Below, one piece after another: positions 30,508 to 39,946 of a stretch of DNA of 64,000 nucleotides. This DNA is from Patescibacteria group bacterium. GTDB taxonomy: Bacteria; Patescibacteriota; Microgenomatia; JAMCZE01. Within the stretch, counting starts at the first letter, position 1, and every line of letters begins with the position of its first letter. The DNA lies in NCBI GenBank assembly GCA_023485845.1, contig JAMCZE010000004.1:1358-65357 (forward strand), given 5' to 3'. The position numbers were made by a program, and so were the translations under genes. The notes beneath the pieces were generated by a model that saw nothing but the letters and a program-made list of their open reading frames with translations, did not search any database and was not told the DNA's origin.

Positions 30508-32394
30508 ATGGACGAAGAAATAAAAGAGATTAAGTTGGACAGTCAGCCGACGTTAACGCCGGTTAAGCCGAAGCGGTCGTTTAAAAAAATTCTTCTCGCG
30601 GCCGCGGCGGTGCTAGTTTTTCTTGGCGTAATTGTCGGCATTCCCTTGGCCAAGGCTTATGTTGACGGCAAAGCGGCCTATCAGCAAACGCTGGCTGTCA
30701 AGGATGCCATTAAATCCTCGGATTTACCACAGGCACAGGTTGCGATCAAGGCCACCCGGACAAAATTGCAGGCAGTTCGGGGCGACCTGAAATTAATTGG
30801 TTGGACCAGTTTTATCCCTTTTCTGGGTGGCTACACTTCCGATGCTAACCACATGATTAACGCGGCGGATTATGGCTTGCAGGCGGCCGATGTGGTGGTG
30901 GCCGGAGTGGAACCATACGCCGACCTTTTGGGTCTTAAGGGCAAGGGCACGTTTACCGGTGGCACGGCCGAGGATCGAATTGCGGAGATGGTCCAGACTT
31001 TGGGCAAAGTGACACCGCAGATTGACGATGTGGCGGCAAAAGTTAAGCTAGTTCGTCAGGAAGTGGATAAAGTCGACCCTGGTCGCTACCCGGGTAATAT
31101 TAATTCGCAATTAACCGACGCGAAGAATTTAATTGATTTGGCGGACAACTTCTTGACGCAGGCCCGGCCGATGGTTAAGCAGTTGCCGGATATGCTTGGG
31201 GCTAACGGTGAGCGCAAGTATATGGTGCTTTTCCAAAACGACAAAGAACTGCGCCCCACCGGCGGATTTATCACCGCCTACGCGATTTTTCGCGTTGACC
31301 AGGGCCGGATTCACCTGGACTCCTCGGATGATATTTATAAGCTTGATGACACCATCACTAAGCATGTGGCGCCGCCGGATCCGATCTCTCGGTATCTTAA
31401 TGTTTATGGCTGGCGGCTGCGTGACTCAAACTTTTCTCCGGATTTTCCCTCGTCAATGCAGGTGTTCACCGATTTATATAACTCTTCCTCAGCCAAACAG
31501 AATTTAAACGGAATCATCGCCATGGACACCGATGTCCTCACCAAAATGATGGGCGTGTTGGGGCCGATTGATGCCTATGGCACGACGTTCACCACCAAAA
31601 CCGTTCCCACCTGCGATTGCCCGATGGTGATTTATGAATTGGAACAATATGCTGACCAGCCAACCAACTATGTGCGCGGCAGCCGTAAAGACATTATCGG
31701 CGTTCTTCTTCAAACAATGATGCAAAAAGCGATGGGATCGGCTCGGGAGGTCTACGCCCCCCTAATTCAGACAGCGATGGCCGAAGCGACACAAAAACAC
31801 ATTTTGTTTTACCTCTATAATGCCGACGCCCAGGCGGGGGTTAATGCTCTGGGTTTTGGCGGGGCGATTAAAACTAACCCTGGCGGTGACTACTTGCATG
31901 TTAACGACGCCAATCTGGCCGGAGCAAAGTCTAATCTTTATGTAACGCAAGCCGTTAAACAGGAAGTTTCGGTGACAGACACAGGGGCAGATGTGACCCT
32001 GACATTGAATTACCGCTATCCCCATCAGGCGGACAATTGCTCCCTAGAGAGAAAAACTGGCCTATGTCTGGCGGGAATCTACCGCGATTATTTACGGGTA
32101 TATCTGCCATTAGGAGCCACCATTGGTGAAGTTCGCGGTTTTGAAAACACCAGCAAAACTTTCCAGGATCTAAATCACACGGTGGTGGACGGTTTCTTCA
32201 CGGTTGTCCCCGAAGGGCTGGCCAAAATTCAGATTTCGTATAAAGTCTCGGGAAACTTCAAAAAAGACGGTGTTTATAAAAGTCTGATCCAAAAGCAGCC
32301 GGGGACAGCGGGCAATCAATACACGCTAATTGTTAATGGGAAACAGCAGGTCTTCAACCTGACCCAGGATCAGGAAATCAGTGTTAAACTCTAG
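30508..32394 (+). CDS. DUF4012 domain protein
   Basis: YMVLFQNDKELRPTGGF, RDSNFSPDFP, QKQPG; N-terminal TM. Confidence 0.85.
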   Translation: MDEEIKEIKLDSQPTLTPVKPKRSFKKILLAAAAVLVFLGVIVGIPLAKAYVDGKAAYQQTLAVKDAIKSSDLPQAQVAIKATRTKLQAVRGDLKLIGWTSFIPFLGGYTSDANHMINAADYGLQAADVVVAGVEPYADLLGLKGKGTFTGGTAEDRIAEMVQTLGKVTPQIDDVAAKVKLVRQEVDKVDPGRYPGNINSQLTDAKNLIDLADNFLTQARPMVKQLPDMLGANGERKYMVLFQNDKELRPTGGFITAYAIFRVDQGRIHLDSSDDIYKLDDTITKHVAPPDPISRYLNVYGWRLRDSNFSPDFPSSMQVFTDLYNSSSAKQNLNGIIAMDTDVLTKMMGVLGPIDAYGTTFTTKTVPTCDCPMVIYELEQYADQPTNYVRGSRKDIIGVLLQTMMQKAMGSAREVYAPLIQTAMAEATQKHILFYLYNADAQAGVNALGFGGAIKTNPGGDYLHVNDANLAGAKSNLYVTQAVKQEVSVTDTGADVTLTLNYRYPHQADNCSLERKTGLCLAGIYRDYLRVYLPLGATIGEVRGFENTSKTFQDLNHTVVDGFFTVVPEGLAKIQISYKVSGNFKKDGVYKSLIQKQPGTAGNQYTLIVNGKQQVFNLTQDQEISVKL

Positions 32395-32908
32395 TAAAAT
32401 CGAGGGGGTCATCCTTAAACGGTCCAATCTGGGAGAAGCGGACAAAATTATCATTTTTTTCTCCCGACAGCTGGGAAAAACCAAAGTGCTGGCTAAGGGT
32501 GTTCGGCGGATCAGAAGCCGGCGCGCCCCCGACCTGGAACTATTTAACCATGTTAGTCTGGTTGTCCACCATAGCAAGACGTTTAATCTCGTCACCGAGG
32601 CAAAGACAATCAATAATTACTCTTTGCTTAAGTCCGATTTAAAATCATCCGGTTATCTGTTCTATCTTTGCGAGGTCTTGGATAAGATCTTACCGGAGGA
32701 CCAGCCTCATCCGGACTTGTTTGGCAATTTTTTGGCATTTCTCAATTCGCCGCTTAACCAAGATGGTGTTAAAAGATTTGTCGTGGAACTGTTATGGTCG
32801 TTGGGCTATTTGCCCCGCGGCCAATATCCTCGGGCTGGCGTCACCGACCTTGTCGAATCCATCGTCGAGCGTCCCATCCGCAGCAAGAAGTTTTTGGAAG
32901 AGATTTAA
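32381..32908 (+). CDS. recO: DNA repair protein RecO
   Basis: EGVILKRSNLGEADKII..FS...GK...LAKGVRR. Confidence 0.9.
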   Translation: MLNSSKIEGVILKRSNLGEADKIIIFFSRQLGKTKVLAKGVRRIRSRRAPDLELFNHVSLVVHHSKTFNLVTEAKTINNYSLLKSDLKSSGYLFYLCEVLDKILPEDQPHPDLFGNFLAFLNSPLNQDGVKRFVVELLWSLGYLPRGQYPRAGVTDLVESIVERPIRSKKFLEEI

Positions 32909-32913
32909 CCTTG

Positions 32914-32942
32914 TTGACTTCTTGGAAGGTGAATAGTATTGT
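32914..32942 (+). promoter_or_regulatory. Sigma70-like promoter
   Basis: TTGACT-17-TATTGT, 8 nt before ATG 32951. Confidence 0.5.
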
Positions 32943-32950
32943 AAAGACAA

Positions 32951-33601
32951 ATGGAAACGAATGATGTTGCAGCAAAAGATCAGTGGAAATCGACTAAACC
33001 GGAGGAAGTGGTAAAACTTGGAAAAATGGGGACCACCTGGAAACACGGTCTTCTAGGCGCATTTTATTATATGAGCTCAACCGGGCTTCAGGAATCGCCA
33101 AGATATCCCCAAGAGGAGCCATTCACAGCGACGCTAAAAGAATACACTGATGGTTGGCACACCATCAAGTATCAAGAACCTGATGGGGAGGGGATTTATT
33201 GGCAACTTGACTATAAGAAAAATCCAAACAACGAAGTTGAGTGGAAATTCGATACTGTCATTCATGGCCAACACCTCCCGGTGGGTTTTAGTATCAGACC
33301 GAGTTCTATCGACTATGGGAAATATGCGCCCAGACTAATTTGTGATGAGCGTCAGTATTGGGATGCCCATAGTATTCAAGCGCAAGCTAAACAAATGGCC
33401 GAGTTCTTGTCAGATCCAGGTTTCAATGGGGTTCTTCCCAAAGACCTGTTGCCGGACGCTGCCCTAGCAGCAAGAGAATTAGCGGATCGTTGGGGTAAAG
33501 AAATAGACGCCGTTAGTGATCCAAATTCTGAGCTTAGGGCCTTGAATTATCAGAAACTCGAGGCTCAAGCTAATAAAGTAAAATCGGCAATGGGCTCCTA
33601 A
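32951..33601 (+). CDS. Hypothetical protein
   Basis: 216 aa ORF with its own promoter; no recognised motif. Confidence 0.7.
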   Translation: METNDVAAKDQWKSTKPEEVVKLGKMGTTWKHGLLGAFYYMSSTGLQESPRYPQEEPFTATLKEYTDGWHTIKYQEPDGEGIYWQLDYKKNPNNEVEWKFDTVIHGQHLPVGFSIRPSSIDYGKYAPRLICDERQYWDAHSIQAQAKQMAEFLSDPGFNGVLPKDLLPDAALAARELADRWGKEIDAVSDPNSELRALNYQKLEAQANKVKSAMGS

Positions 33602-33603
33602 AG

Positions 33604-34489
33604 TCACTTCTGTAAAAATTCAGCGAAAGATTTTGGAGGATTCTTCAGGAGATTTTCTAAGACTTTTCCGGGCATTATGATCTCTCTTAATAGTTTCTGA
33701 ATTCTTCTTGCAACATACGAATAGCCTAATGGGTAGCACAATTCTTGCAATTTTTGACAAGTTCTTCCGATATTGTAGTTGTTGTTCATTCGTAAAGCCC
33801 GGAAAAGCTCCCCTAGTGTAGTTTGAAAATCATTCACTATTTTCTCTAATTGATATGGACGATAATAATGCTCTTCTGCTTTAGTAAAAGCAGGCTTTGA
33901 AAATTGATCATTCTTTAAACCCGTATATATTCCAGCCCAACTTGCTACTCCCTCATCAACAATATGCATAATGTAGGCATTTTGTAGTTCTCCCTGAAGA
34001 CGAGCATAGGCATTATTGTAAGTGTCTTCCATCACGATTTTCCTAACACGTTTAAGGCTAAGGGTGTATGCGGGTTCTCGTCTATTCACCCACGCATGCA
34101 TATCTTCGTGCAAGGTTGCATGCTGCTGTCCACTTACATCCCCACGTATAAACAACAACGAAGAAAGGTATAACCGTGTCGGTACGATCATCGTAAAAAC
34201 TTTCCTCCTTTGTTACGTCGTCTTCCTGGAAATTACGAAAATTTACATGGCCCTCTTTTAAATTATTGATAAACAAGACTAAATGACGAAGCCCCATTTG
34301 GCGTTGATTATAAATTACCACCCTCGGTTTCCTCTCGCCAAACGATATACCTAACGTCTGTTCCAAGGTTTCAGCCCAAGAATTAGAAATTTCTTCCAAT
34401 CCAAGCCAGCGTCTTATTTCTGCCCTGGGTTTCTCCAATTTAGACTTAACACCAGAAGAATGTGCAAGATCAGACGACAATTCATTCAC
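33604..34489 (-). pseudogene. Frameshifted gluzincin-like metallopeptidase (HExxH...E)
   Basis: ORFs 34082-34489 and 33604-34191 join on removing 1 nt near 34172 (..DTV/YLSS..); HEDMH and DEGVASW motifs. Confidence 0.55.
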
Positions 34490-34531
34490 TGGTGTAAATA
34501 ATACTACATTTGTAAATTGGGGTCTATTCTA

Positions 34532-34560
34532 TTGACAGGAAAATTTTTATGGGATACAAT
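34532..34560 (+). promoter_or_regulatory. Sigma70 promoter
   Basis: TTGACA-17-TACAAT. Confidence 0.6.
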
Positions 34561-34591
34561 TATCACAGTATTAGCATATATTACAAAGCTT

Positions 34592-34831
34592 ATGACCGAA
34601 AGACCACGTTTCAATAACGAAAGAAGAAAGGTTTCGTTAGCTCAACTTTACAGTGTGTTGGCGATTACGGCTGGAGTAACAATGGATGTAATGGTGGGAA
34701 TTCTTAATATAGACTTCCTCAGGGGTATGTATTTTGAAGCTACTTACCCAGATCTTTTAATAGTTGGAGCAGTAATGGTTGTTGCTGGGGCAATTGGTTA
34801 TGCCGTTGCCTCTAAGCCCGAAAATAGGTAA
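34592..34831 (+). CDS. Small 2-TM membrane protein
   Basis: Two hydrophobic segments; downstream of a promoter. Confidence 0.6.
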   Translation: MTERPRFNNERRKVSLAQLYSVLAITAGVTMDVMVGILNIDFLRGMYFEATYPDLLIVGAVMVVAGAIGYAVASKPENR

Positions 34832-34912
34832 ACATTTTCTAACGACGCGACGCTTCATCACTTTTTAACTGCCATGATGTTGCTTATTGTTGAATAGGAT
34901 ATAATTAGTTGA

Positions 34913-35284
34913 ATGGTAGATGCAATAAAAGATAAAGGACAGGGTGAAGTTGGGAAACCAGATATTAAAGTTGCCTTTGATAAGTTGCCAAGACAGTCGC
35001 AAGGGCTTCTTATTTCCATGACGCATTTTCCCTCTGCGTCTGGGGGAACAAGGGAGGCAGTTTTGGCAATTTCGGGTCTGGATGAGGCCGAGTTGGATAA
35101 AGCATTGGCAGATCTCTCCAAATTTGGGTTGGTACAAAAAGGAAAGTTAGTGGGCGAAGGGAGAGATAAACGGCTAGTCGAAGATGGAAACGGTGATCGG
35201 TTTAGTCTCGAGGCCGAGACAAAAGCCGGTGTTTTTGAGAAAATTCTGGAAATGCCATTTAATAAAGAAGATCCCCTGTTTTGA
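34913..35284 (+). CDS. Hypothetical protein, winged-helix-like
   Basis: FDKLP..SQ.LL..M..FP......EAV..I.G......DKAL.DL...GLV...RFSL pattern. Confidence 0.6.
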   Translation: MVDAIKDKGQGEVGKPDIKVAFDKLPRQSQGLLISMTHFPSASGGTREAVLAISGLDEAELDKALADLSKFGLVQKGKLVGEGRDKRLVEDGNGDRFSLEAETKAGVFEKILEMPFNKEDPLF

Positions 35285-35288
35285 TTAA

Positions 35289-35783
35289 TTAAGACGGGTT
35301 TTGACCATTTTCCGGGATTTCAATAATCCCAATTACTATTTTTCCTTTCTTCACGAATTCTGGTAGGTTGTTTGTGACGATTGCGTGAGCGCTGTTATCC
35401 CTGGTGTGATAGAGAACAATAACATCCTTGTCTTTAGGTAGCTCTACTTGTTGAGGGCCGGTGTGTAGAACTAAACCTAGTTCAGCACAGATCTTCGGTA
35501 TATCTGCGCCGTCAACGACGTCAGGCAGGTTTTCCACATCAATACCTTGTGCCTCTCTGAGAGCTCGACGCAGACACCGTCCAGTCTCATCTTCTGATCC
35601 AGTTGGTGATTTATAGTTACCTTGCAATTTAATTTTCTTGAGAGGTAAGTTGACTTTACCTTCCCTATCAAGTTTATCAGCTTGGTGGAACTGAGCGAGG
35701 TCTTCTGCTTCAAGTTCACCCCTTGCAGCTGCTTTCTGGTAATGCTTAAAGAATCTTTCAGTTGCTGAATCTTGGCTAGGCAT
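35289..35783 (-). CDS. Hypothetical protein, possible papain/C39-like fold
   Basis: GRCLRRAL helix Cys and later VIVLY....SAHAIV His strand. Confidence 0.55.
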   Translation of the reverse strand: MPSQDSATERFFKHYQKAAARGELEAEDLAQFHQADKLDREGKVNLPLKKIKLQGNYKSPTGSEDETGRCLRRALREAQGIDVENLPDVVDGADIPKICAELGLVLHTGPQQVELPKDKDVIVLYHTRDNSAHAIVTNNLPEFVKKGKIVIGIIEIPENGQNPS

Positions 35784-35861
35784 ATTAGTCTATAATATAG
35801 CATAAACAGAAGATTTAAGGTTGGTAAATTTCTTTATGGCGAAATTTGATATGCTAAGAAT

Positions 35862-35891
35862 ATGGACTTGTTGAAAAAATTTGTCAGTCTT
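35862..35891 (+). repeat. Degenerate duplicate of the first 30 nt of glyQS
   Basis: ATGGACTTGTTGAAAAAATTTGTCAGTCTT vs 36554-36583 ATGGACTTGATGGAAAAAATTGTCAGCCTT (26/30). Confidence 0.8.
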
Positions 35892-35918
35892 GACAGAGAA
35901 TTACGACCGCGGTATACT
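35890..35918 (+). promoter_or_regulatory. Sigma70 promoter
   Basis: TTGACA (35890-35895), 17 nt, TATACT (35913-35918). Confidence 0.75.
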
Positions 35919-35923
35919 AAAAA

Positions 35924-35970
35924 CATAACCGCCTCAGCCATGTCGCAAGACCCGCTGAGGTTATTTTTTT
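35924..35970 (+). ncRNA. Putative small hairpin RNA or terminator leader upstream of the NYN gene
   Basis: ATAAC-CG-CCTCAGC-cat-GTC-GCAA-GAC-cc-GCTGAGG-TTATTTTTTT. Confidence 0.55.
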
Positions 35971-35971
35971 G

Positions 35972-36550
35972 ATGAAAACAGTCATTTTTATTGATGGTGA
36001 AAATTTTATTCACAAAATTGAGGATGTTTTAGAGGAGAGTGGTGTTGAACAAAAGAAGATCAACCAGTCAAAGATTAAACTGAAGCAGCTTCTGGAAAAA
36101 GTTTTGGCGCCACAAAAAATCGACCAAGTCGTTTTTTATGCAGCCAAACTTCATTTTTATCCCGAGACGGCGCAGAGATCTCAACTGCTCATCAACCGCC
36201 AGCGGTCACTAAAGGCCGAGCTTGAGAAACAAAAGATTACTTTCATTATTGCCGGGAACGTTCGCGCCCAAGTTGTCACCGGTGGGAAAACAGTCTTTAA
36301 AGAGAAAGGTGTCGATGTTAAAATGGCAATAGATATGGTAACGCAGGCCTGCGACCATAAATTAAAAACGGCTGTTATCTGTTCAAGTGATTCTGACCTT
36401 CAACCGGCAGTTTATGAACTCAAGAAACGAAAGGTTGAGACAATTTATTTAGGTTTTGAAACAAGCCCAAATAAAGGGCTAACCGCAACGACTGATAAAT
36501 CAATTCTCTTTCGAAATGCAGAAATTTTGGAAGCATTTAGAGAAAGTTAA
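35972..36550 (+). CDS. NYN-domain (LabA/DUF88) protein
   Basis: FIDGENF, EKGVDVKMAIDM, SSDSDL motifs. Confidence 0.9.
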   Translation: MKTVIFIDGENFIHKIEDVLEESGVEQKKINQSKIKLKQLLEKVLAPQKIDQVVFYAAKLHFYPETAQRSQLLINRQRSLKAELEKQKITFIIAGNVRAQVVTGGKTVFKEKGVDVKMAIDMVTQACDHKLKTAVICSSDSDLQPAVYELKKRKVETIYLGFETSPNKGLTATTDKSILFRNAEILEAFRES

Positions 36551-36553
36551 ACT

Positions 36554-37822
36554 ATGGACTTGATGGAAAAAATTGTCAGCCTTTGCAAGCGGCGGGGATT
36601 TGTTTATCCCGGCAGTGAGATCTATGGAGGATTGTCCAACACTTGGGATTTCGGGCCATTTGGATTGGCACTGCGCAAAAACATCAAGGCGCTCTGGTGG
36701 CGGGAATTTGTGGAGAAGGAAGAGAACATTTTAGGCCTTGATGGGGGAATTATTCTTTCGCCACGGGTTTGGGAGGCCTCTGGTCATGTGGAAAACTTCA
36801 CTGATCCCCTGGTGGAATGTAAAAGTTGCCACACCCGTTTTCGGGCCGATCAGTTAGGGGACACTAAGAAATGCCCGGATTGCGGTGGTCAATTGTCCGA
36901 GCCGCGGCGGTTTAATGGAATGTTTCGCACCACAGTCGGGGCGACGGAAGACTCAAACGCCGTGGTTTATCTCCGGCCGGAAACAGCCCAGGCAATTTTT
37001 ATTAACTTTAAAAATATCGTTGATTCGTTTCATCCAAAACTGCCGTTTGGCATTGCCCAAATCGGTAAAGCATTTCGTAACGAAATCACGGCGGGAAACT
37101 TTATTTTCCGCGATATTGAGTTTGAACAACATGAACTGGAGTATTTTCTGCCGGAGGCAATCTGGGAAGAAAAATATGACTATTGGCTGGCAAAGATGCA
37201 CGACTTTGCCAAGTTAATCGGCCTGGCGCCGGAGATGGTTCACGAGCGGGAACATTCTCCCCAGGAACGCTCCCACTATTCAAAAAAAACCGTTGATCTG
37301 GAATTTGACTTCCCGTTTGGCCGCAAAGAACTTTGGGGGCTGGCCTACCGGACAGATTATGACCTGCGCAACCACAGTGAGAAGTCAGGGGTGGATTTGA
37401 AATATGAAGGCAGCTTTCCCCATGTGATTGAACCATCAATGGGGGTGGATCGGACCATGCTGGCTGTTTTGTGTTCTGCCTACTTCGAAGATGAAAAGCG
37501 GGTAGTTTTGAAACTTCAGCCCAGTTTGGCGCCTTATAAAGTTGCCGTTTTTCCTTTGGTGGCCAACAAAGAAGAGCTGGTGGGCAAGGCAAGGGGGATT
37601 TATGAGAAGTTAAAAAAGAGTTTCATGACCGCCTGGGATGACCGGGGAAATATCGGAAAAAGATACCTCTCTCAGGATGAAATCGGGACGCCGTGGTGCG
37701 TGACGGTGGACTACCAAACCTTGGAGGACGACACGGTGACGATTCGAGATCGAAATACCACTAGACAAGAGCGAATAAAAGTTGCTAATCTAGAAACATG
37801 GATAAAAGAAAGATTGGTGTAA
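36554..37822 (+). CDS. glyQS: Glycine--tRNA ligase (alpha2 type)
   Basis: [40 protein letters not shown]. Confidence 0.97.
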   Translation: MDLMEKIVSLCKRRGFVYPGSEIYGGLSNTWDFGPFGLALRKNIKALWWREFVEKEENILGLDGGIILSPRVWEASGHVENFTDPLVECKSCHTRFRADQLGDTKKCPDCGGQLSEPRRFNGMFRTTVGATEDSNAVVYLRPETAQAIFINFKNIVDSFHPKLPFGIAQIGKAFRNEITAGNFIFRDIEFEQHELEYFLPEAIWEEKYDYWLAKMHDFAKLIGLAPEMVHEREHSPQERSHYSKKTVDLEFDFPFGRKELWGLAYRTDYDLRNHSEKSGVDLKYEGSFPHVIEPSMGVDRTMLAVLCSAYFEDEKRVVLKLQPSLAPYKVAVFPLVANKEELVGKARGIYEKLKKSFMTAWDDRGNIGKRYLSQDEIGTPWCVTVDYQTLEDDTVTIRDRNTTRQERIKVANLETWIKERLV

Positions 37823-38298
37823 TCGCCGCGGTTATTATTGTTTTGGTGGGTGCTGTTGGGCTAATGGTCTATCAAAAGTCCCAGGTTAAACCAGCGGCCA
37901 CACCGTCGGCCGTGTCCACTTCACCAACCGTGGCTAAGGTGGATCTTTCCACCCAACCGGCGTGGGTGCAAAATTTGGAGGTGACTGCAAAAAAGGGCCG
38001 TAGTGCTAATGGGCTGGACAATGTGACGGTGACGGTGACAGGCATCCCAGCCAACACCGTTTCCGGGGTAACCTATGTGATGCAGTATCAAACGACCAAT
38101 AAGGGCACCCAGGGAGCCCTATCGATGACTCCAATTGATCTCACTGGTAGAACGACATTCTCCAAGGCCATTGATCTGGGAACGTGTTCCACCAGTTCTT
38201 GTGTGCGCCACGAAGGTGTCACCTCCGTTGACTTAGAGCTGGATTTTGTTGCCCTCGACGGCTCCAAGCCGGTCTGGGAAAAAACTCTTGACCTATAA
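37798..38298 (+). CDS. Membrane-anchored hypothetical protein
   Basis: N-terminal TM; [15 protein letters not shown] Cys pair. Confidence 0.75.
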   Translation: MDKRKIGVIAAVIIVLVGAVGLMVYQKSQVKPAATPSAVSTSPTVAKVDLSTQPAWVQNLEVTAKKGRSANGLDNVTVTVTGIPANTVSGVTYVMQYQTTNKGTQGALSMTPIDLTGRTTFSKAIDLGTCSTSSCVRHEGVTSVDLELDFVALDGSKPVWEKTLDL

Positions 38299-38325
38299 TA
38301 AACAAGGAGTTATAATACCCTCGTT

Positions 38326-38691
38326 ATGGGACAGAAGCTGAAAAGTTGTGAACAACTCTTAAAGTCGTGTGGAGATAGCATCACGCCAATATCTCGGTAT
38401 CTCCTGTTTAAAGACGGTGACATCCATGTGATATCGAGACGTGGCGAAGACCATGGTGATGTTCTTGATACCTCTGGATATAGCCAAGATGAGGTTCATC
38501 TTGCCGGGATGATTATGGCAATGAAATTAAGAAGCCAAACATATTTTTCCGTCGATGCGAATGGCTCACACACTCTTGCCCTACGTTTTCATCGACCAAT
38601 AAATGTGGGCCAAGGTAATCCAGAAGTCGTTATTGCTAAACTTAAAGAATTGCCGGACGCTGCCAACTTCAATTTTCAAGCAAGCGAATAG
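38326..38691 (+). CDS. Hypothetical protein
   Basis: 121 aa ORF preceded by TATAAT. Confidence 0.55.
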   Translation: MGQKLKSCEQLLKSCGDSITPISRYLLFKDGDIHVISRRGEDHGDVLDTSGYSQDEVHLAGMIMAMKLRSQTYFSVDANGSHTLALRFHRPINVGQGNPEVVIAKLKELPDAANFNFQASE

Positions 38692-38781
38692 CTTCATTTT
38701 TCACCCTCGAATTGACCCTAAATTTCCCTCTTGACAACCCGTGAAAAGAGAGTCAAACTAGATATGTTTAGTGATATACAG

Positions 38782-39174
38782 ATGTTTTTAGGGACATTTA
38801 CACCATCGCTAGCGACCACCGGCCAGATGGCGTTGCCAACTAAGCTTCGCTCTGCTTTGGGCAGTGATCGGGCAGTAATTACCACCGGTTTTGACAAATG
38901 TGTTTTTGGATTTTCTTTAGTGGAATGGCAGAAATTGGGGGAAATGGAGTTGGTGAAACCTCTTTCAACAAGCGAAGGCCGGGAAGTGCGCCGGAGAATG
39001 TATGCCGAAGCAGTGGAGGTTGACCTTGATGACCAGGGCCGATTCGTTATTCCTGAAGTTTTGCGCCGTTACGCTGGGATTAAAGAAAGAATTGCCGTGA
39101 TTGGGGCGGGGGACCATTTTGAAATTTGGGACAAAGATGAATGGACAAATTTATCACATTCCGGTGCTTCTTAA
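38782..39174 (+). CDS. mraZ: Division/cell wall cluster repressor MraZ
   Basis: MFLG, D.QGRFVIP..LRRYA, GAGDHFEIW; first gene of dcw. Confidence 0.93.
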   Translation: MFLGTFTPSLATTGQMALPTKLRSALGSDRAVITTGFDKCVFGFSLVEWQKLGEMELVKPLSTSEGREVRRRMYAEAVEVDLDDQGRFVIPEVLRRYAGIKERIAVIGAGDHFEIWDKDEWTNLSHSGAS

Positions 39175-39946
39175 CGAAGCTCTGGAACAGTTGCACATTA
39201 AACCAGGGAAAAAATACATTGATTGCACGTATGGCGGCGGGGGACACACCCGGGCGATTGAGGCAGTCGGTGGAATTGTTTTAGGGATTGACCGGGACCC
39301 GGAGTCACCGGCGCGCGTGCACGCAAACTTTGCACATTTAAAAGAAATTGCCAATCGGGCCGGGTTTAACCCTGTGGCCGGAATTTTAATGGACCTGGGG
39401 GTGTCCAGTCATCAACTAGAGACGGCTGAGCGGGGGTTCAGTTTCAATCGGGACGCCAAACTGGATATGCGGATGGATCCGGCAACCCAAACGGTCACCG
39501 CGGCCGATTTGGTTAATGCCGGTTCACAAAAGGAGCTAGCAGTGCTTTTTACAAAATTTGGGGAAGAGCGGGCCAGCCGGCCGATTGCTAAAGCAATTGT
39601 TGAGGCGCGATCCACCGGGCCGATTGTCATGACGGATCAGTTAGCACAGATCATTTTGCGGGTTCGTCGCCGGGGGCAGGCCGACCGGACCCATCCGGCC
39701 ACCCGGGTTTTCCAGGCCCTACGCATTGCCGTCAACGATGAACTGTCCGCCCTGGAGGCCGCCCTGCCGCAGGCAGTGGAACTTTTAGAGACTGGCGGGC
39801 GACTGGTGGTTATTAGTTTTCACTCATTAGAGGATCGAATTATTAAAAACTTTATGAAAAACAAAACGTTAATCACACCGACAAAAGAGGAAGTTAAAGC
39901 TAATCCGCGCGCCCGCAGCGCGAAAATGCGGTTTTTTGAAAAATGA
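39137..39946 (+). CDS. rsmH: 16S rRNA m4C1402 methyltransferase
   Basis: HIPVLL, DCTYGGGGH, DLGVSS, LDMRMD, SFHSLEDR. Confidence 0.96.
   Translation: MNGQIYHIPVLLNEALEQLHIKPGKKYIDCTYGGGGHTRAIEAVGGIVLGIDRDPESPARVHANFAHLKEIANRAGFNPVAGILMDLGVSSHQLETAERGFSFNRDAKLDMRMDPATQTVTAADLVNAGSQKELAVLFTKFGEERASRPIAKAIVEARSTGPIVMTDQLAQIILRVRRRGQADRTHPATRVFQALRIAVNDELSALEAALPQAVELLETGGRLVVISFHSLEDRIIKNFMKNKTLITPTKEEVKANPRARSAKMRFFEK

Noticed and set aside
34858-35137. Two minus-strand ORFs (87 and 90 aa)
   Set aside because: Antisense shadows of the better-supported 34913-35284 gene; the same applies to most short ORFs overlapping long genes in the track.
35924-35970. T-box or glycine riboswitch upstream of glyQS
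   Set aside because: Only ~47 nt, no T-box consensus or specifier stem, and an NYN gene lies between it and glyQS.
38692-38781. MraZ-binding direct repeats upstream of mraZ
   Set aside because: No clear TGGG/GTGG repeat series is visible; only a plausible TTGACA-17-CAAACT promoter.
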